64,000 nt of DNA from a bacterium. Lineage in GTDB: Bacteria > Krumholzibacteriota > Krumholzibacteriia > G020349025. A model generated the notes under the pieces. That model saw only the letters and a program-made list of their open reading frames with translations. It was not told the DNA's origin and did not search any database. A program made the translations under genes and the position numbers. Each line of letters opens with the position of its first letter. Positions within the stretch are counted from its first letter, which is position 1. Where the stretch lies: contig JANLSU010000001.1 in assembly GCA_031362565.1 (NCBI GenBank), forward strand, positions 1 through 64,000, in the 5' to 3' direction. Below, piece after piece: positions 45,843 through 56,397 of this stretch.

Positions 45843-48251
45843 TTACCTCGATGATTGGCCGATGAGGTACACCGTTGTCGCGGCACCCGACAGAATCGAG
45901 ATGATCTCCGCGAAGGTCTTCAGAGACTGTTTGTCCTTTTCCTCGGGTTTACGCGGCACTCGAATCGTCGCACCCGCATCCGGGTTCGGCTTGTGCAGGA
46001 AACTCGACCTCTCGACGCGGCCGTTCGCCATTACTACTGTGATCTTGTCCTTGTCGGCCGTCGACAGCGCTCCACCAGCCTGTTCGATGTAGTAGTTCAT
46101 GTCGCGGCCCTCTTCCCAGAGCACGCTCGATGCAAACCCAACTTCGCCGACGACCTTCACCGCGCGCGGTTCGCGGGGGATGTTGATGCTGTCACCCGCG
46201 GCCATGGCCAGGTCGTATTTGTTCGACTTCCGGCCTTTTTCTCGCAGCGCCTTCTCGAAGTCGATCGCCATGCGCCCCGTGCCATCCTTCTTGCGATAGA
46301 ACGACGAGGCCTGCAGATACGCGGTCGGCTCCAAGCCGCCGGCGCGCTCGATGAGAGTCGAGAGGCGCTCGGTCTTGCTCGTGAGCGAGTAAATCCCCGG
46401 GAACCGAACCTCGCCGGTGACCCAGATGGTCTCTTGTAAACCCCAGTTCGGGATTTCGCGGATGAACACGATGTCGTTCTTGCGCAACACGAACCTTGAC
46501 GCGTCGCTCTCCATGCTGAGGGTATCGCCGAGCGTCACGTAGAGCACGTCCGCCGTCCTACCGTCGGAGGCTGCTCCCGGGTCGATGCGCGAAACCTCGG
46601 CCCGCACGCGGTATGCGGACTCACGGAGTCCACCGGCCTTGACGATGAGGTCGGTGACGGTCATCCCGTCGAGCATGTCGTAGGAACCGGGGTGGCGCAC
46701 CAAGCCCTGGATGGCGACATGTTCGGGGTCGCGCACATCCCAGATCGAAAACACCTGTACCTCGTCGAGCGGCGCCAATTCGAGGTTCGACTCCGGAGAG
46801 CGCTTCAGCGCGGCGGCCAGGTTGAAGGAGCGCAGTTCGCGGGTCTTGTTGTCGCGCGTTCGGACCAAGTGTGCCCAGCGCGTGTAGGCGTCGCCCAGCA
46901 CTCCGCCCGCCTGGTCGATGAGGTCGGCCACTGTCATGCCACTCCGCAGCTCGTAGGTCCCGGGCTTGTAAACGGCGGTTCCGCTGAGCCGCACCGTATT
47001 CTTGAGAATATCGCGGTTGCGGAACACCCGGACGATGTCACCGTCCGCCAGTTCCATTGTCGCGCCGACGTCCGCGGGGTCGACGTCGAGGATCTTGCGG
47101 TCTTCAGTCGTACCCAGCTTGCGCTCGGAGAACGGAATGACCCGCTCGATCTGGACCCGGGATCGCAGTGCGACGGACGTGAGGCCACCGGCAATTTCCA
47201 GTAGATCGCTCAGCTTGTCGCCTTCGCGCACCTCGTAGATCGCAGGATGACGAACCTCACCCTCGAGGGTGACCTGGCGCGACAACGGCGGCACGAAGAG
47301 CACATCGCCGTTCTCCAGCTTAAAGTCTTCCGCGCCGTTGCCACGCGCCAAGTAGTCGTAGAGGTCGGCGCGATGCGCCACCTTGTTGTTGCGCGTGATG
47401 CGAATGTTGCGGAGCGAACCGCGCAGCGTCGGTCCGCCAGCATAGTAGAGGGCGTTCATGATCGTCGACGTGGCGGTCAGCGTATAGCCGCCAGGCTGCA
47501 CGACATCGCCAAGCACGAAGACTTGAATCGAACGCAACTTGCCCAGCGAGACGTCGACCCAGGTACGCGAACGGCCTTCACGTGAGATTCCCGAGTAGCT
47601 GCGCGCCAATCGCGTCTCGAGCTGATGCCGGAAGCTTTCCAGGGTCTGCCCGTTGGCCATCACCGGGCCTACATCGGGCAGGACCACGTACCCCTCGCGG
47701 TTGATCGTCTGGCGGGCGCTCAGATCCTGCGCGCCCCAGACGCTGATCAGGATTTCGTCACCCGGCCCCAAAAGATAGTTTGCCGGCACCGGACCAAAGG
47801 CAAGCGGCTCGAAGGTCGTCGGTTTGAGCGTAAAGATGTCGTACCCGAAGTTCTTGGTCTGAACCTTCGTACTGTCGGTGAGCGCCGCCTGGGGCGCAAT
47901 CGAGTCGGTCTTCACGGGCCGTGCGCTCGGGGGCTGGGTGACCGGAGGAAAAGCCGACGCGCCTGTGGGCGCGAGCGGCCCGGCACCATTGGTTTCCACG
48001 CCTGGCGCCGAGGGGTTCGCACCGAGCATTCGCTGCAACTCGTCCGGGTCCACACCGGCGGCGCGCAAGCGGTCTCGGACCTTCGGGTCGTTCAGATTAA
48101 GCATGGCGTCGGCAGTCGGTTGCTGCGCCACGGTCGACGCGCTGTTGGTGGTGGCGGGCGTTGTCTCTGCCGCGGCCGAACCTGCGACAACCATGAACCA
48201 CAGTGCGGCGCTGAGTGTTCTCATTCCGCACAGGCTGCGAACCTTCATCAT
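45843..48251 (-). CDS. Polysaccharide export protein with multiple SLBB repeats (Wza/KpsD-like)
   Basis: FGYDIF, NYLLGPGDEI, repeated GEV..PG.Y..LI..AGG units. Confidence 0.92.
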   Translation of the reverse strand: MMKVRSLCGMRTLSAALWFMVVAGSAAAETTPATTNSASTVAQQPTADAMLNLNDPKVRDRLRAAGVDPDELQRMLGANPSAPGVETNGAGPLAPTGASAFPPVTQPPSARPVKTDSIAPQAALTDSTKVQTKNFGYDIFTLKPTTFEPLAFGPVPANYLLGPGDEILISVWGAQDLSARQTINREGYVVLPDVGPVMANGQTLESFRHQLETRLARSYSGISREGRSRTWVDVSLGKLRSIQVFVLGDVVQPGGYTLTATSTIMNALYYAGGPTLRGSLRNIRITRNNKVAHRADLYDYLARGNGAEDFKLENGDVLFVPPLSRQVTLEGEVRHPAIYEVREGDKLSDLLEIAGGLTSVALRSRVQIERVIPFSERKLGTTEDRKILDVDPADVGATMELADGDIVRVFRNRDILKNTVRLSGTAVYKPGTYELRSGMTVADLIDQAGGVLGDAYTRWAHLVRTRDNKTRELRSFNLAAALKRSPESNLELAPLDEVQVFSIWDVRDPEHVAIQGLVRHPGSYDMLDGMTVTDLIVKAGGLRESAYRVRAEVSRIDPGAASDGRTADVLYVTLGDTLSMESDASRFVLRKNDIVFIREIPNWGLQETIWVTGEVRFPGIYSLTSKTERLSTLIERAGGLEPTAYLQASSFYRKKDGTGRMAIDFEKALREKGRKSNKYDLAMAAGDSINIPREPRAVKVVGEVGFASSVLWEEGRDMNYYIEQAGGALSTADKDKITVVMANGRVERSSFLHKPNPDAGATIRVPRKPEEKDKQSLKTFAEIISILSGAATTVYLIGQSSR

Positions 48252-48509
48252 CGCCTCCGCTCACGAGCGCGTTTGAACGCCGTCTCCCGACGCATCCGAC
48301 TGGATGCCCAGAACCGATCCAAGCGATCGGTAAACCGGCCGCATGTGGGTGGACCGAGACCGACCAGCGGCCCTCTCCTTCGTATGCCCCGCGCGGCGCT
48401 GCTCTCGGACGGCAAGCCAGACCGACGGCAGCTCACGAGAGAGCAAGACTCGAACCGGGGCAAAACCCACAACGGGCGAGCACCGCGTACTTGGTGCCGG
48501 CTCCGGGGT

Positions 48510-48526
48510 CGCAAAGCTGGCGCCAA
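48510..48526 (-). promoter_or_regulatory. sigma54 promoter for the export/polymerase operon
   Basis: Minus strand TTGGCGC-CAGCT-TTGCG (GG-N10-GC). Confidence 0.65.
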
Positions 48527-48571
48527 CGCGTGCACGCCATCTCTTCATCCGGCGGGCCGGAATCGCGGCTC

Positions 48572-48587
48572 TGGCATACGAAGTGCT
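48572..48587 (+). promoter_or_regulatory. sigma54 promoter for the GT4 gene
   Basis: TGGCAT-ACGAA-GTGCT (GG-N10-GC). Confidence 0.55.
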
Positions 48588-48683
48588 CGTTCGGCTTTTC
48601 TCGGCCCGTACCGTGACGGGCGACCGGCGCAGTGGGCAGCGCAGCGCTGCGCTGTGTTCGTGATGTCGGAAGGAGTGGGTTCC

Positions 48684-49997
48684 ATGCACATTCTCTACAT
48701 CCATCAATATTTCTGCACCCGCAACGGGAAGTCCGGCACGCGTTCATATGAATTCGCGAGCCGGTGGGTCCGTGCCGGGCATCAAGTGACGATGGTGACC
48801 AGCGCGCATGCGTACTCCGACCTCGACACCTCCGGCGTGGGTTTGTACCAGCACCAGCACATCGATGGAATCGATGTGGTCGTCGTCGGTGGCAACTACT
48901 CGCAACGGATGAACAAAATGCAGCGCATCGCGACGTTTTTTCGCTTCATGGTGCTCGCATCGAGGTACGTCCTGCGGCGCGCCAACTATGATGTCGTATT
49001 CGCGACCTCGACACCGCTTACCGTGGGTGTTCCCGGCGTGCTCGCAAAATGGCGACACCGAATTCCATTGGTGTTCGAGGTTCGGGATCTCTGGCCCGAG
49101 GCGCCCATTCAGATGGGAGCCGTTCGCAACCGGGTGTTCGTCGCAGCGCTGCGCGGGCTCGAACGTTGGATCTACAAGCACTCGACGCACGTCGTGGCAC
49201 TGTCGCCCGGGATGCGCGACGGCGTGGTGCGCGCGGGCAAGGCGGCACGCGACGTCTCTGTGGTGCCGAACTGCGCTGATCTAGATCTCTTCCGGCCGGA
49301 CGCCGGCGACCCAGAGTTCCGTCGCCGCCACGGTATCGACGGCCGCTTCGTGGTGATCCACGCTGGAGCCATGGGTCTGGTCAACAATCTCAACTACGTC
49401 CTGGACGCCGCGGCCATCGCCAAGCAGCGCGGCTCCGATGACATCGTGTTCGTTCTGCTTGGGGACGGCAGCCAGCGAATCGAGTTACAGGATCGCGTCC
49501 GCAACGACAATCTCGACAACGTCGTGTTCGTCCCGCCGGTGCGCCGCGCGGAGGTACCAGGGGCCGTGGCATCCTCGGACGTGTGTCTCATGATGGTCGC
49601 ACCGATCCCGGTCTTCGCGACGGCATCCCCGAACAAGCTCTTCGACGCGCTCGCCTCCGGCACGCCAACGGTGATCAACTGTCCGGGTTGGATGGCTGAG
49701 ATGCTGCAGGCGCACGATGCGGGGTCTTCAGTCGATGGCACGGTTCCCGCGCAGCTCGTGGATGCCCTCGAGAACTTGCGTGACGATGCGGCACTGCGCG
49801 AGCGCCAAGGGCGCAACGCTCGTGCACTCGCAGCTCGCCTCTTCGATCGTGAAGAATTGGCCCGCGACGTCCTGGACGTCCTTGCGCAAGCCGCCGCGCG
49901 CCGTCCCATCACGCCGGTCGTTCTGGATCTCGTACCGCGCGTCACGCCGCGTGAATCGACACCGGCGCGCCAAGCAGAACCTGTCGTGAGCGCCTGA
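48684..49997 (+). CDS. GT4 family glycosyltransferase (WbuB-like)
   Basis: HQYF..GTRS, ATSTPL, FEVRDLWPE, PNKLFDALASG. Confidence 0.93.
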   Translation: MHILYIHQYFCTRNGKSGTRSYEFASRWVRAGHQVTMVTSAHAYSDLDTSGVGLYQHQHIDGIDVVVVGGNYSQRMNKMQRIATFFRFMVLASRYVLRRANYDVVFATSTPLTVGVPGVLAKWRHRIPLVFEVRDLWPEAPIQMGAVRNRVFVAALRGLERWIYKHSTHVVALSPGMRDGVVRAGKAARDVSVVPNCADLDLFRPDAGDPEFRRRHGIDGRFVVIHAGAMGLVNNLNYVLDAAAIAKQRGSDDIVFVLLGDGSQRIELQDRVRNDNLDNVVFVPPVRRAEVPGAVASSDVCLMMVAPIPVFATASPNKLFDALASGTPTVINCPGWMAEMLQAHDAGSSVDGTVPAQLVDALENLRDDAALRERQGRNARALAARLFDREELARDVLDVLAQAAARRPITPVVLDLVPRVTPRESTPARQAEPVVSA

Positions 49998-50091
49998 CCC
50001 TGCTGTTCCTGTCTGCGGATTGTGTTAAGGTCTGCCATCGCCGTCGGCTTCGAAAGCGTGCCGAGATTGTCCCCGGAGCCCGGACCCGCGC

Positions 50092-50886
50092 ATGGCAGCC
50101 ACACAGTCCGTACGCATCGGCACTTCGGGCTACAGTTTCAAGGACTGGGTCGGGCCGTTCTATCCGGCGGGTACGAGGCCGGCGGCGCAGCTCGAGTACT
50201 ATACGCGTCACTTCGATTGCCTCGAGCTCAACGTCACGTACTACCGGATTCCCGACGCCAAGCTCATCGCCGGTATCGAACAGCGGACCCCGGCGGGCTT
50301 CGCTTTCGTCGTCAAGCTGCACAGCGACATCACTCACAAACTGAGCCGTGACGCGGCGCTGGATGCGGCCTTTCACGCCGCCGTCCAGCCGCTCCGCGAC
50401 GCGGGAAAGATGCACGGACTCTTGGCGCAGTTTCCGTACGGCTTCCGCAACACCCAAGAAAACCGCGCCTTCGTCGCCGAACTGCGCGAACGGTTCGCGG
50501 CCGATGCGCTGTTCGTCGAATTCCGGCGCGACGAATGGGCGGCGCCGCCGGTGTTCACGTTTCTGCGCAGGTTGCGCCTCGGCTGGGTCTGTGTCGACGA
50601 ACCGGCGTTGCCCGGTCTCGTGCCGCCGGTCGCGTTGGCGACGACGGACGTCGCGTACGTGCGTTTGCACGGACGCAACAAAGCGACGTGGTATTCCGGC
50701 GGCCAGGCCGGGGCCGATCGTTACGACTATTCGTATACCGAACCCGAATTGCGCCAGTGGGCCGAGAAGACGCGCCAACTCGCCGGCGAAGCGCGCCAAA
50801 CGTTCGTCTTCTTCAACAACTGCCACGGCGGCCAAGCGCCCGCCAATGCCGAAACGTTCCAGGCCCTCCTCGCAACCGATTGGTGA
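50092..50886 (+). CDS. DUF72 (YecE-like) protein
   Basis: IGTSGYS..W.GPFYP, ELNVTYY, YVRLHGRN, RYDYSY, FFNN. Confidence 0.93.
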   Translation: MAATQSVRIGTSGYSFKDWVGPFYPAGTRPAAQLEYYTRHFDCLELNVTYYRIPDAKLIAGIEQRTPAGFAFVVKLHSDITHKLSRDAALDAAFHAAVQPLRDAGKMHGLLAQFPYGFRNTQENRAFVAELRERFAADALFVEFRRDEWAAPPVFTFLRRLRLGWVCVDEPALPGLVPPVALATTDVAYVRLHGRNKATWYSGGQAGADRYDYSYTEPELRQWAEKTRQLAGEARQTFVFFNNCHGGQAPANAETFQALLATDW

Positions 50887-53285
50887 CATCTGTGCGATGC
50901 GTGTGGCAGGTGATTCGGACGCCGGCGGCCGTTGCGGCCGTCGTTGGCGCGGTGCTTTTCGGCTTCGCGCCGGTGCGTGCTCAGGATTCTCCCGCGCCGG
51001 ATTCGACCGCTGCAGAAACCACTGCGGTGTCGGACTCGACACCCAGCCCTTCCGGTGACCTGACCGGCGAAAGTCGCGACCGCACGACCCAACAGCCGCT
51101 GCCGTTCACGGTCATCGAAGTTCCGGCGCTCGAGCGCCGCGTGCTCGGTGGCCGGGACGGTTGGTTCGTGCTCGAACGCGTGCCGGCGGGGGTGTATACG
51201 GTGCGTGCACGCCGGGTCGGGTACGCCACGGTCGAAGTGCCGGATGTGCTCGTCCGGCCGGGGAAATCGACGCAACTCGTGATCGAGCTCGACCGGCGCG
51301 AGATTCGCGCCACGCCGGTCGTCGTGCGTGGCGATCCGTTCGCGGGCCGGGCTTCGTCGCCCGCATCCGAACAGGAACTGTCCTACGAGGAAGTGCGCCG
51401 CGCGCCGGGCAGTGCGTCCGACGTCGCCCGCACCGTGCAGGCATTGCCGGGCGTCACCCACACGTCCGATCAAACCTCGGAACTCATCGTGCGTGGCGGC
51501 TCGCCGTCGGAGAACCTGACATTCCTCGACGACGTGCCCATCCCGAACGCCAATCATTTTCCGGAGTACGGCGGTGCTGGCGGGGCGATCTCGATGCTCA
51601 ACGTGGAACTGGTGCGCGGCGTCGCCTTCTACACCGGCGGCTTCCCGATCCAGTATGGCGACAAGCTGTCCAGCGTCCTCGAGATCAAGCTGCGCGACGG
51701 CAGTCGGCGCGAGCATTCGGGCGACCTGGACGTCAGTATCGCCGGCGCCGGGCTCGTGCTCGAAGGCCCCTTCGCGGGCGGCAAGGCGAGCTATCTGGTG
51801 AATGGCCGCCGGTCGTATGTCGATTTGATCGCCGCCCAGGTCAACACGTCCGCAGTCCCCACGTACAGCGACGTGCAGGGCAAAATTGCCTGGCAACCCG
51901 ACGCCCGCAATACCTTCACGATGCTTGGCGTCGCGGGGTTCGACCGGGTGAGTCTCGATGACGGCAAGGATGCCTACAGCCGCGGCTTCGACTTCGTCGA
52001 CGCACATCAAACGCAATACGCAGCGGGGGCGACTTGGAAGCGCTTGCTCGGCAACCGCGGCCACTCGCTCGTGACCGTGCATCGGAGCGAGAACAACTTT
52101 CGCTACGACATCCGCGATCGTCTGCGGCCGGGCGCCGCACCGGACTCGGCGTATTTCTCGGACGCCTGGGAATCGGAAACCGGCGTGCGGGCGCGCGCCA
52201 CGTTGCGCATCGCGGAGCGCACCGATCTCACCTTTGGCGGCGAAGCGCGCCGGGTGCAATTCAGCCATGACATCACGGCCTTCGCGGACACGGCGCAGGA
52301 GGCGCTGCCGACCGGCGTGCCGGACAGCGTACGTCTCGTCTTCCTACCGCGGAACGACGTACGAGTGCACGAGATCGCCGCAAAGGGGGCGCTGTTCACG
52401 AATATCGAGCATCGCTTTGGCACGAGTTGGACGGCGACGCTCGGCGGGCGCTGGGACCGCTTCGACTTTGGCGGCCAAACGGCATTGTCGCCACGCGGCG
52501 GCATCACCTGGCGCATCGATCCACGGTGGACGGCACGGCTCTCGGCGGGAATCGCGCGCCAAACTCCAGTCTCGGTATTGCTCACGCAGACGCCGGCGGC
52601 GCGCCGCCTGCCCTACGAGCGCGCCGGACAGTTCGTTGCCGGCTTGGACTACCGCTTGAGCCGTTCCGCGCAGGCGAGCATCGAGGCCTATGACAAGCGC
52701 TACAGCAGCCTGCCGGTGCCCATCGCACGCGGCTCGCGCCAACTCGTCGCCGCGGGCACGGGGCGGGTGCGCGGTTTCGAGGCACTCGTGCAGCAGCGCC
52801 TGTTCGATCGCTGGTACGGACTCACATCGTATTCGTATTCGCGCTCCGAGCGCACCGACCGCATCTTCGGGACGTATCCGGACGATTGGGATTACCGCCA
52901 GGTGTTAACACTTCTGGCGGGATTCCGCCCGCGCCGCGGACTCGAGGTTTCAGGCCGCTGGCGCTTCATCGGTGGGCGCCCGTATACGCCACTAACACGC
53001 TTCGAAGTGACGCCGCAAGGCGCCGTGCAAGCCGGTACGGGCTACTGGGTGGGCTTCGAGGGACCGCACAACGGCGCCCGTCTCGCCGCCTATCACCGGC
53101 TCGATCTGCGCATCGACCAACGTCATCAGTTCGGGCGTTTCCACTTGGTGACGTTTCTCGATCTCGAGAACATCTATAGCCGCGACAACGTGCTCACGCA
53201 GCGTTACAGTCACGACCGCGCCCAGCCCGAACCCATCTTCCAGTGGAAGCTGTTGCCCGTCGGTGGCCTGAGCCTGGAGTTTTGA
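50883..53285 (+). CDS. TonB-dependent receptor
   Basis: CarboxypepD-like N-domain, plug QALPGV..VRGG..EN, YGDKLSSVL, YHRLDLRID, C-terminal F; GTGA overlap. Confidence 0.92.
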   Translation: MTSVRCVWQVIRTPAAVAAVVGAVLFGFAPVRAQDSPAPDSTAAETTAVSDSTPSPSGDLTGESRDRTTQQPLPFTVIEVPALERRVLGGRDGWFVLERVPAGVYTVRARRVGYATVEVPDVLVRPGKSTQLVIELDRREIRATPVVVRGDPFAGRASSPASEQELSYEEVRRAPGSASDVARTVQALPGVTHTSDQTSELIVRGGSPSENLTFLDDVPIPNANHFPEYGGAGGAISMLNVELVRGVAFYTGGFPIQYGDKLSSVLEIKLRDGSRREHSGDLDVSIAGAGLVLEGPFAGGKASYLVNGRRSYVDLIAAQVNTSAVPTYSDVQGKIAWQPDARNTFTMLGVAGFDRVSLDDGKDAYSRGFDFVDAHQTQYAAGATWKRLLGNRGHSLVTVHRSENNFRYDIRDRLRPGAAPDSAYFSDAWESETGVRARATLRIAERTDLTFGGEARRVQFSHDITAFADTAQEALPTGVPDSVRLVFLPRNDVRVHEIAAKGALFTNIEHRFGTSWTATLGGRWDRFDFGGQTALSPRGGITWRIDPRWTARLSAGIARQTPVSVLLTQTPAARRLPYERAGQFVAGLDYRLSRSAQASIEAYDKRYSSLPVPIARGSRQLVAAGTGRVRGFEALVQQRLFDRWYGLTSYSYSRSERTDRIFGTYPDDWDYRQVLTLLAGFRPRRGLEVSGRWRFIGGRPYTPLTRFEVTPQGAVQAGTGYWVGFEGPHNGARLAAYHRLDLRIDQRHQFGRFHLVTFLDLENIYSRDNVLTQRYSHDRAQPEPIFQWKLLPVGGLSLEF

Positions 53286-53299
53286 AGCTGATGCAGAGA

Positions 53300-54703
53300 A
53301 TGCCGGAGATCGCACCGGAGCCGAGCAGTGGGGATGATGTCGGCGCTCCACTCCTCGCGCCGGCGCGCGGCGACATCACCCATGGCCCGTTGACGCGCGC
53401 CCTCTTCCGGCTCGCGGGTCCGGCCATTCTCGCCAAGGCGCTGCACGCGGCGCTCGGACTCGTGGATGTGTTCTGGGTGTCGCGCTTGGGCGCGGCACAG
53501 TCGGCGGCGGTCACGACATCGTTTTTCGCCTCGTGGATCTTGGTGTCGGCCGTCGATCTCACGGCGCTCGGCATCTTGGCGCATGTCGCACGCCACACCG
53601 GTGCGGGTGACCGGGCACGCGCCGGGCACGCGGCGGCCCAGGGTCTCGTGGTCGGGGTGTGGTTGGGAGTGCTCCTCGCCATCGGCGCTTGGTTTGCGGC
53701 CCCGTGGCTCTTTCGCACCTTGGGCACCGCGAGCGATGTGACGCGCGATGGTGTCGTCTACTTGCGCATTCTGTTTCTCGCTGCACCGTTCACCTTCACT
53801 TACTTGAATTGTGAGTTTCTGATGCGCGCCGCCGGCGACACTCGCTCGCCGCTCGTCGTGGCCGGCACCGCCGTACTGTTCAATGCCGTCCTCGACCCGC
53901 TCCTGATCTACGGCGTTGGGCCGTTCCCACGTCTGGGAGTTGCCGGTGCAGGCTGGGCAACGTTGCTCGCCCAAGCGGTGGCCTGCGCGGTGTTCGCGGT
54001 CTACGCTTTCCGCCGCCATCCGAATTTTCCACTCACGATAGCCTCGCTCCGCCGTTTCGACGCCCGGCTCACCATGAATCTCCTTCGCATCGGCTTTCCC
54101 GGCATGGCGGTCGGGTCGTTCTACTCGACGATCTATCTCTTCATGTCGGGCATCGCAGCCAAGCTCGGGACGCGCGAGCTGGCGGTCCTCGGGTTGGCGA
54201 ATCGGGCCGAGTCGGTGACGTACCTTGTCTCCAACGGTTTCGGTGCCGCGACGGCGACGGTCGTCGGTCAATGCCTGGGCGCCGGACGTCCCGAACGTGC
54301 CGAACGCGCCGCTTGGGCTTCGGTAAGCTGGATGACCGCCTACGCCTTCGTGACCGGCGCATTGCTGGTGATTTGGCCGCGGGCGATCCTGCGTTTGTTC
54401 ACGTCCGATCCGGCGGTCCTCGAATTGGGCGCCCCATATTTGCGGATTCTCGGCTACGCACAACCGCTGATGGCAGTGGAGATCGTGCTCGAACATGCGT
54501 TCTCGGGGGCGGGTGACACCGTGCCGCCGATGTTGGTCAGCGTTCCCATGAACGCCCTGCGCGTGCCGCTGCTCTTTTGGGTCGTGCACCGGGGGGGCGG
54601 ATTGCTGCAAATGGGTTGGGTGCTCGCCATCACCTGCATGGCGCGCGGCGTGCTCGCGGCATTCTGGTTCCGGCGCGGCGGGTGGAAACATCGCACCCTG
54701 TGA
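53300..54703 (+). CDS. MATE family efflux transporter
   Basis: GDTRSP, NAVLDPLLIYG..LGVAGAGWAT, VGQCLGAG, GAGDT. Confidence 0.93.
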   Translation: MPEIAPEPSSGDDVGAPLLAPARGDITHGPLTRALFRLAGPAILAKALHAALGLVDVFWVSRLGAAQSAAVTTSFFASWILVSAVDLTALGILAHVARHTGAGDRARAGHAAAQGLVVGVWLGVLLAIGAWFAAPWLFRTLGTASDVTRDGVVYLRILFLAAPFTFTYLNCEFLMRAAGDTRSPLVVAGTAVLFNAVLDPLLIYGVGPFPRLGVAGAGWATLLAQAVACAVFAVYAFRRHPNFPLTIASLRRFDARLTMNLLRIGFPGMAVGSFYSTIYLFMSGIAAKLGTRELAVLGLANRAESVTYLVSNGFGAATATVVGQCLGAGRPERAERAAWASVSWMTAYAFVTGALLVIWPRAILRLFTSDPAVLELGAPYLRILGYAQPLMAVEIVLEHAFSGAGDTVPPMLVSVPMNALRVPLLFWVVHRGGGLLQMGWVLAITCMARGVLAAFWFRRGGWKHRTL

Positions 54704-54735
54704 CGGTTTGGTTTCGCAGGTGGAGGAGAGACGAC

Positions 54736-55185
54736 ATGACGACAATTCGCCGCGCGTTGCCGCACGACCTCGACGCACTCGTGACCGGCAATCAGACGAT
54801 GGCGCTCGAAACCGAGTCGGTACGGCTCGACCCCATGACGTTGCGGGCGGGCGTCGCCGCACTTCTCGAGGCAAGAGAGCCGGGCGCCTACTGGGTGATC
54901 GAAGACCAGGGCCACGTCATCGGCCAGCTGCTCATCACCTACGAGTGGAGTGACTGGCGGAACCGCACCGTGTGGTGGATTCAGTCGGTGCACATCGATG
55001 CCGCGCAACGCGGCCGCGGATTGTTTCGTGCCTTGTACGCGCACGTCCGCGGCGAAGCCGAGCGTGCCGGCGCCGCGGGCTTGCGCTTGTACGTCGACAA
55101 AACCAACACGCGCGCCCAAGCGGTGTACGCGGCGCTTGGCATGAACGGTGACCACTACAGCGTCTTCGAGGACATGTTCACGTAA
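54736..55185 (+). CDS. GNAT N-acetyltransferase
   Basis: TYEWSDWRN..WWIQSV, RGRGLFRALY, LRLYVD..N..AQ. Confidence 0.92.
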   Translation: MTTIRRALPHDLDALVTGNQTMALETESVRLDPMTLRAGVAALLEAREPGAYWVIEDQGHVIGQLLITYEWSDWRNRTVWWIQSVHIDAAQRGRGLFRALYAHVRGEAERAGAAGLRLYVDKTNTRAQAVYAALGMNGDHYSVFEDMFT

Positions 55186-55188
55186 CGC

Positions 55189-56397
55189 TCAGGGCCTGGC
55201 GGCTTCGAGGACGAATGCCAAGCCACTGGTGGGCGGGACGAGAAGCGTCAGTCGATCGCGGTCGCGCACCGCGCCGTGGGCCGGAGTAGTAATCCAATCG
55301 AGCTTGCCGGCCGGCGTCTCGCAAACGATTTCGACTTGCGAGGCGGTGGTCGACAGGTTGGCGACAATCACCAGGGTGCCGTTCGCCGTTTCCCAGCGGC
55401 CGACTTCGACACCGCGCGGCGCGCGGGCGATGCGCAACGTCTGTGACGGCTGGGCGCCGGCCAAAAGGTCGAAGAGCCGTGACGCGAGCGCGGCGCAGTC
55501 ACGGACCGCGCCCCAGAGCGCTGGCGCAATTTCCGGCAGCGGCCGGTAAGCGCCGTAGGAACCGTTCGGCCCGCGGTGCGGGTCATAGGTCGTCGGGTGC
55601 AAATAGGGATAGAAGAACACCCCCCGCGCCCCGGCCACGAGGGCCGAACAAAGCGACGCTTGCAGCTCGATCGGTGTCGGCGACAGCAAATCGTGCCGCG
55701 CCGGCCCCTGGATCAGATCGACCCCGAAGGCCTGCAGCACGGGCCAGAACGGCGTCTTGAGGCTGTTCACCGGGAAGCGCTCGGAACACGTTTGCAAGCG
55801 CGGCGATCGGCGCGAGTCGCGCGACACCGGGTAGTAGGTGAACATGCGCACCCGCCCGACATCGAGGAGCGCGTTGTCGGCGTTGCCTTCCTCGATGATG
55901 AAGCCGTGCGCCGGGTCTTCTTCCGAGACCACGGTTGCTGCCAGCAAGACGGCATTCAGATCGCCCTCTTCGGCGCGCTCATCTTCGTACCAGGCGAGCA
56001 ATGCCGGATGATCGCGCAAGGCGCGGACGCTGTCGCGGATCAGCGTCTTGCGTCCGTCCCGGAGCCATTCACGCGGCAGGCCGACGATCACGCGCAGCCC
56101 ACAATGGTGCGCGGTGTCGAGGAAGGCGCGTGCGTGCTGCACATAGGGCGCCGTATCGTCCGCGGTCACGAGTTCGAATTCGTAGCTGTGGACGACGGTG
56201 AATCCCGCCGCCGCGATGAGCGAGCACGCACTGGCAGGCACGGAGTAGAGGCCGATGATCTGGCGCGGATCGTTGGCGCCGGCTCGGGGCGCGGCGGGCG
56301 CGACCGCACCCAGCGCGCCGGCAGCAACCAGCATCGTGGCCCGCACCGCACAGCGCATGAACGCCGCCGCGGCGCGTCTCGGACTGGAAGGAGTCAT
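55189..56397 (-). CDS. Secreted glycoside-hydrolase-like (TIM barrel) hypothetical
   Basis: Signal peptide; AAGFTVVHSY, HPALLAWYEDE, WPVLQAF, GARGVFFY. Confidence 0.6.
   Translation of the reverse strand: MTPSSPRRAAAAFMRCAVRATMLVAAGALGAVAPAAPRAGANDPRQIIGLYSVPASACSLIAAAGFTVVHSYEFELVTADDTAPYVQHARAFLDTAHHCGLRVIVGLPREWLRDGRKTLIRDSVRALRDHPALLAWYEDERAEEGDLNAVLLAATVVSEEDPAHGFIIEEGNADNALLDVGRVRMFTYYPVSRDSRRSPRLQTCSERFPVNSLKTPFWPVLQAFGVDLIQGPARHDLLSPTPIELQASLCSALVAGARGVFFYPYLHPTTYDPHRGPNGSYGAYRPLPEIAPALWGAVRDCAALASRLFDLLAGAQPSQTLRIARAPRGVEVGRWETANGTLVIVANLSTTASQVEIVCETPAGKLDWITTPAHGAVRDRDRLTLLVPPTSGLAFVLEAARP

Noticed and set aside
48457..48560. GGCAAAACCC...GGGGTCGCAAAGC resembling a c-di-GMP-I riboswitch
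   Set aside because: No GAAA tetraloop or downstream GGTCTAA/receptor stem is visible, and the CGCAAAGC is explained by the minus-strand sigma54 -12 element. An Rfam RF01051 scan would settle it.
47625..48683. Long N-terminal extensions given by the ORF track for the GT4 gene (also HAD, TonB receptor, OsmC, DUF4403, GNAT)
   Set aside because: They overlap neighbouring real genes or promoters; the family motifs begin at the downstream starts used above.
50092..55185. DUF72-TonB receptor-MATE-GNAT as a dedicated novel system
   Set aside because: The genes are tightly packed, but all are common families with no shared functional signal visible, so a system cannot be supported without synteny data.
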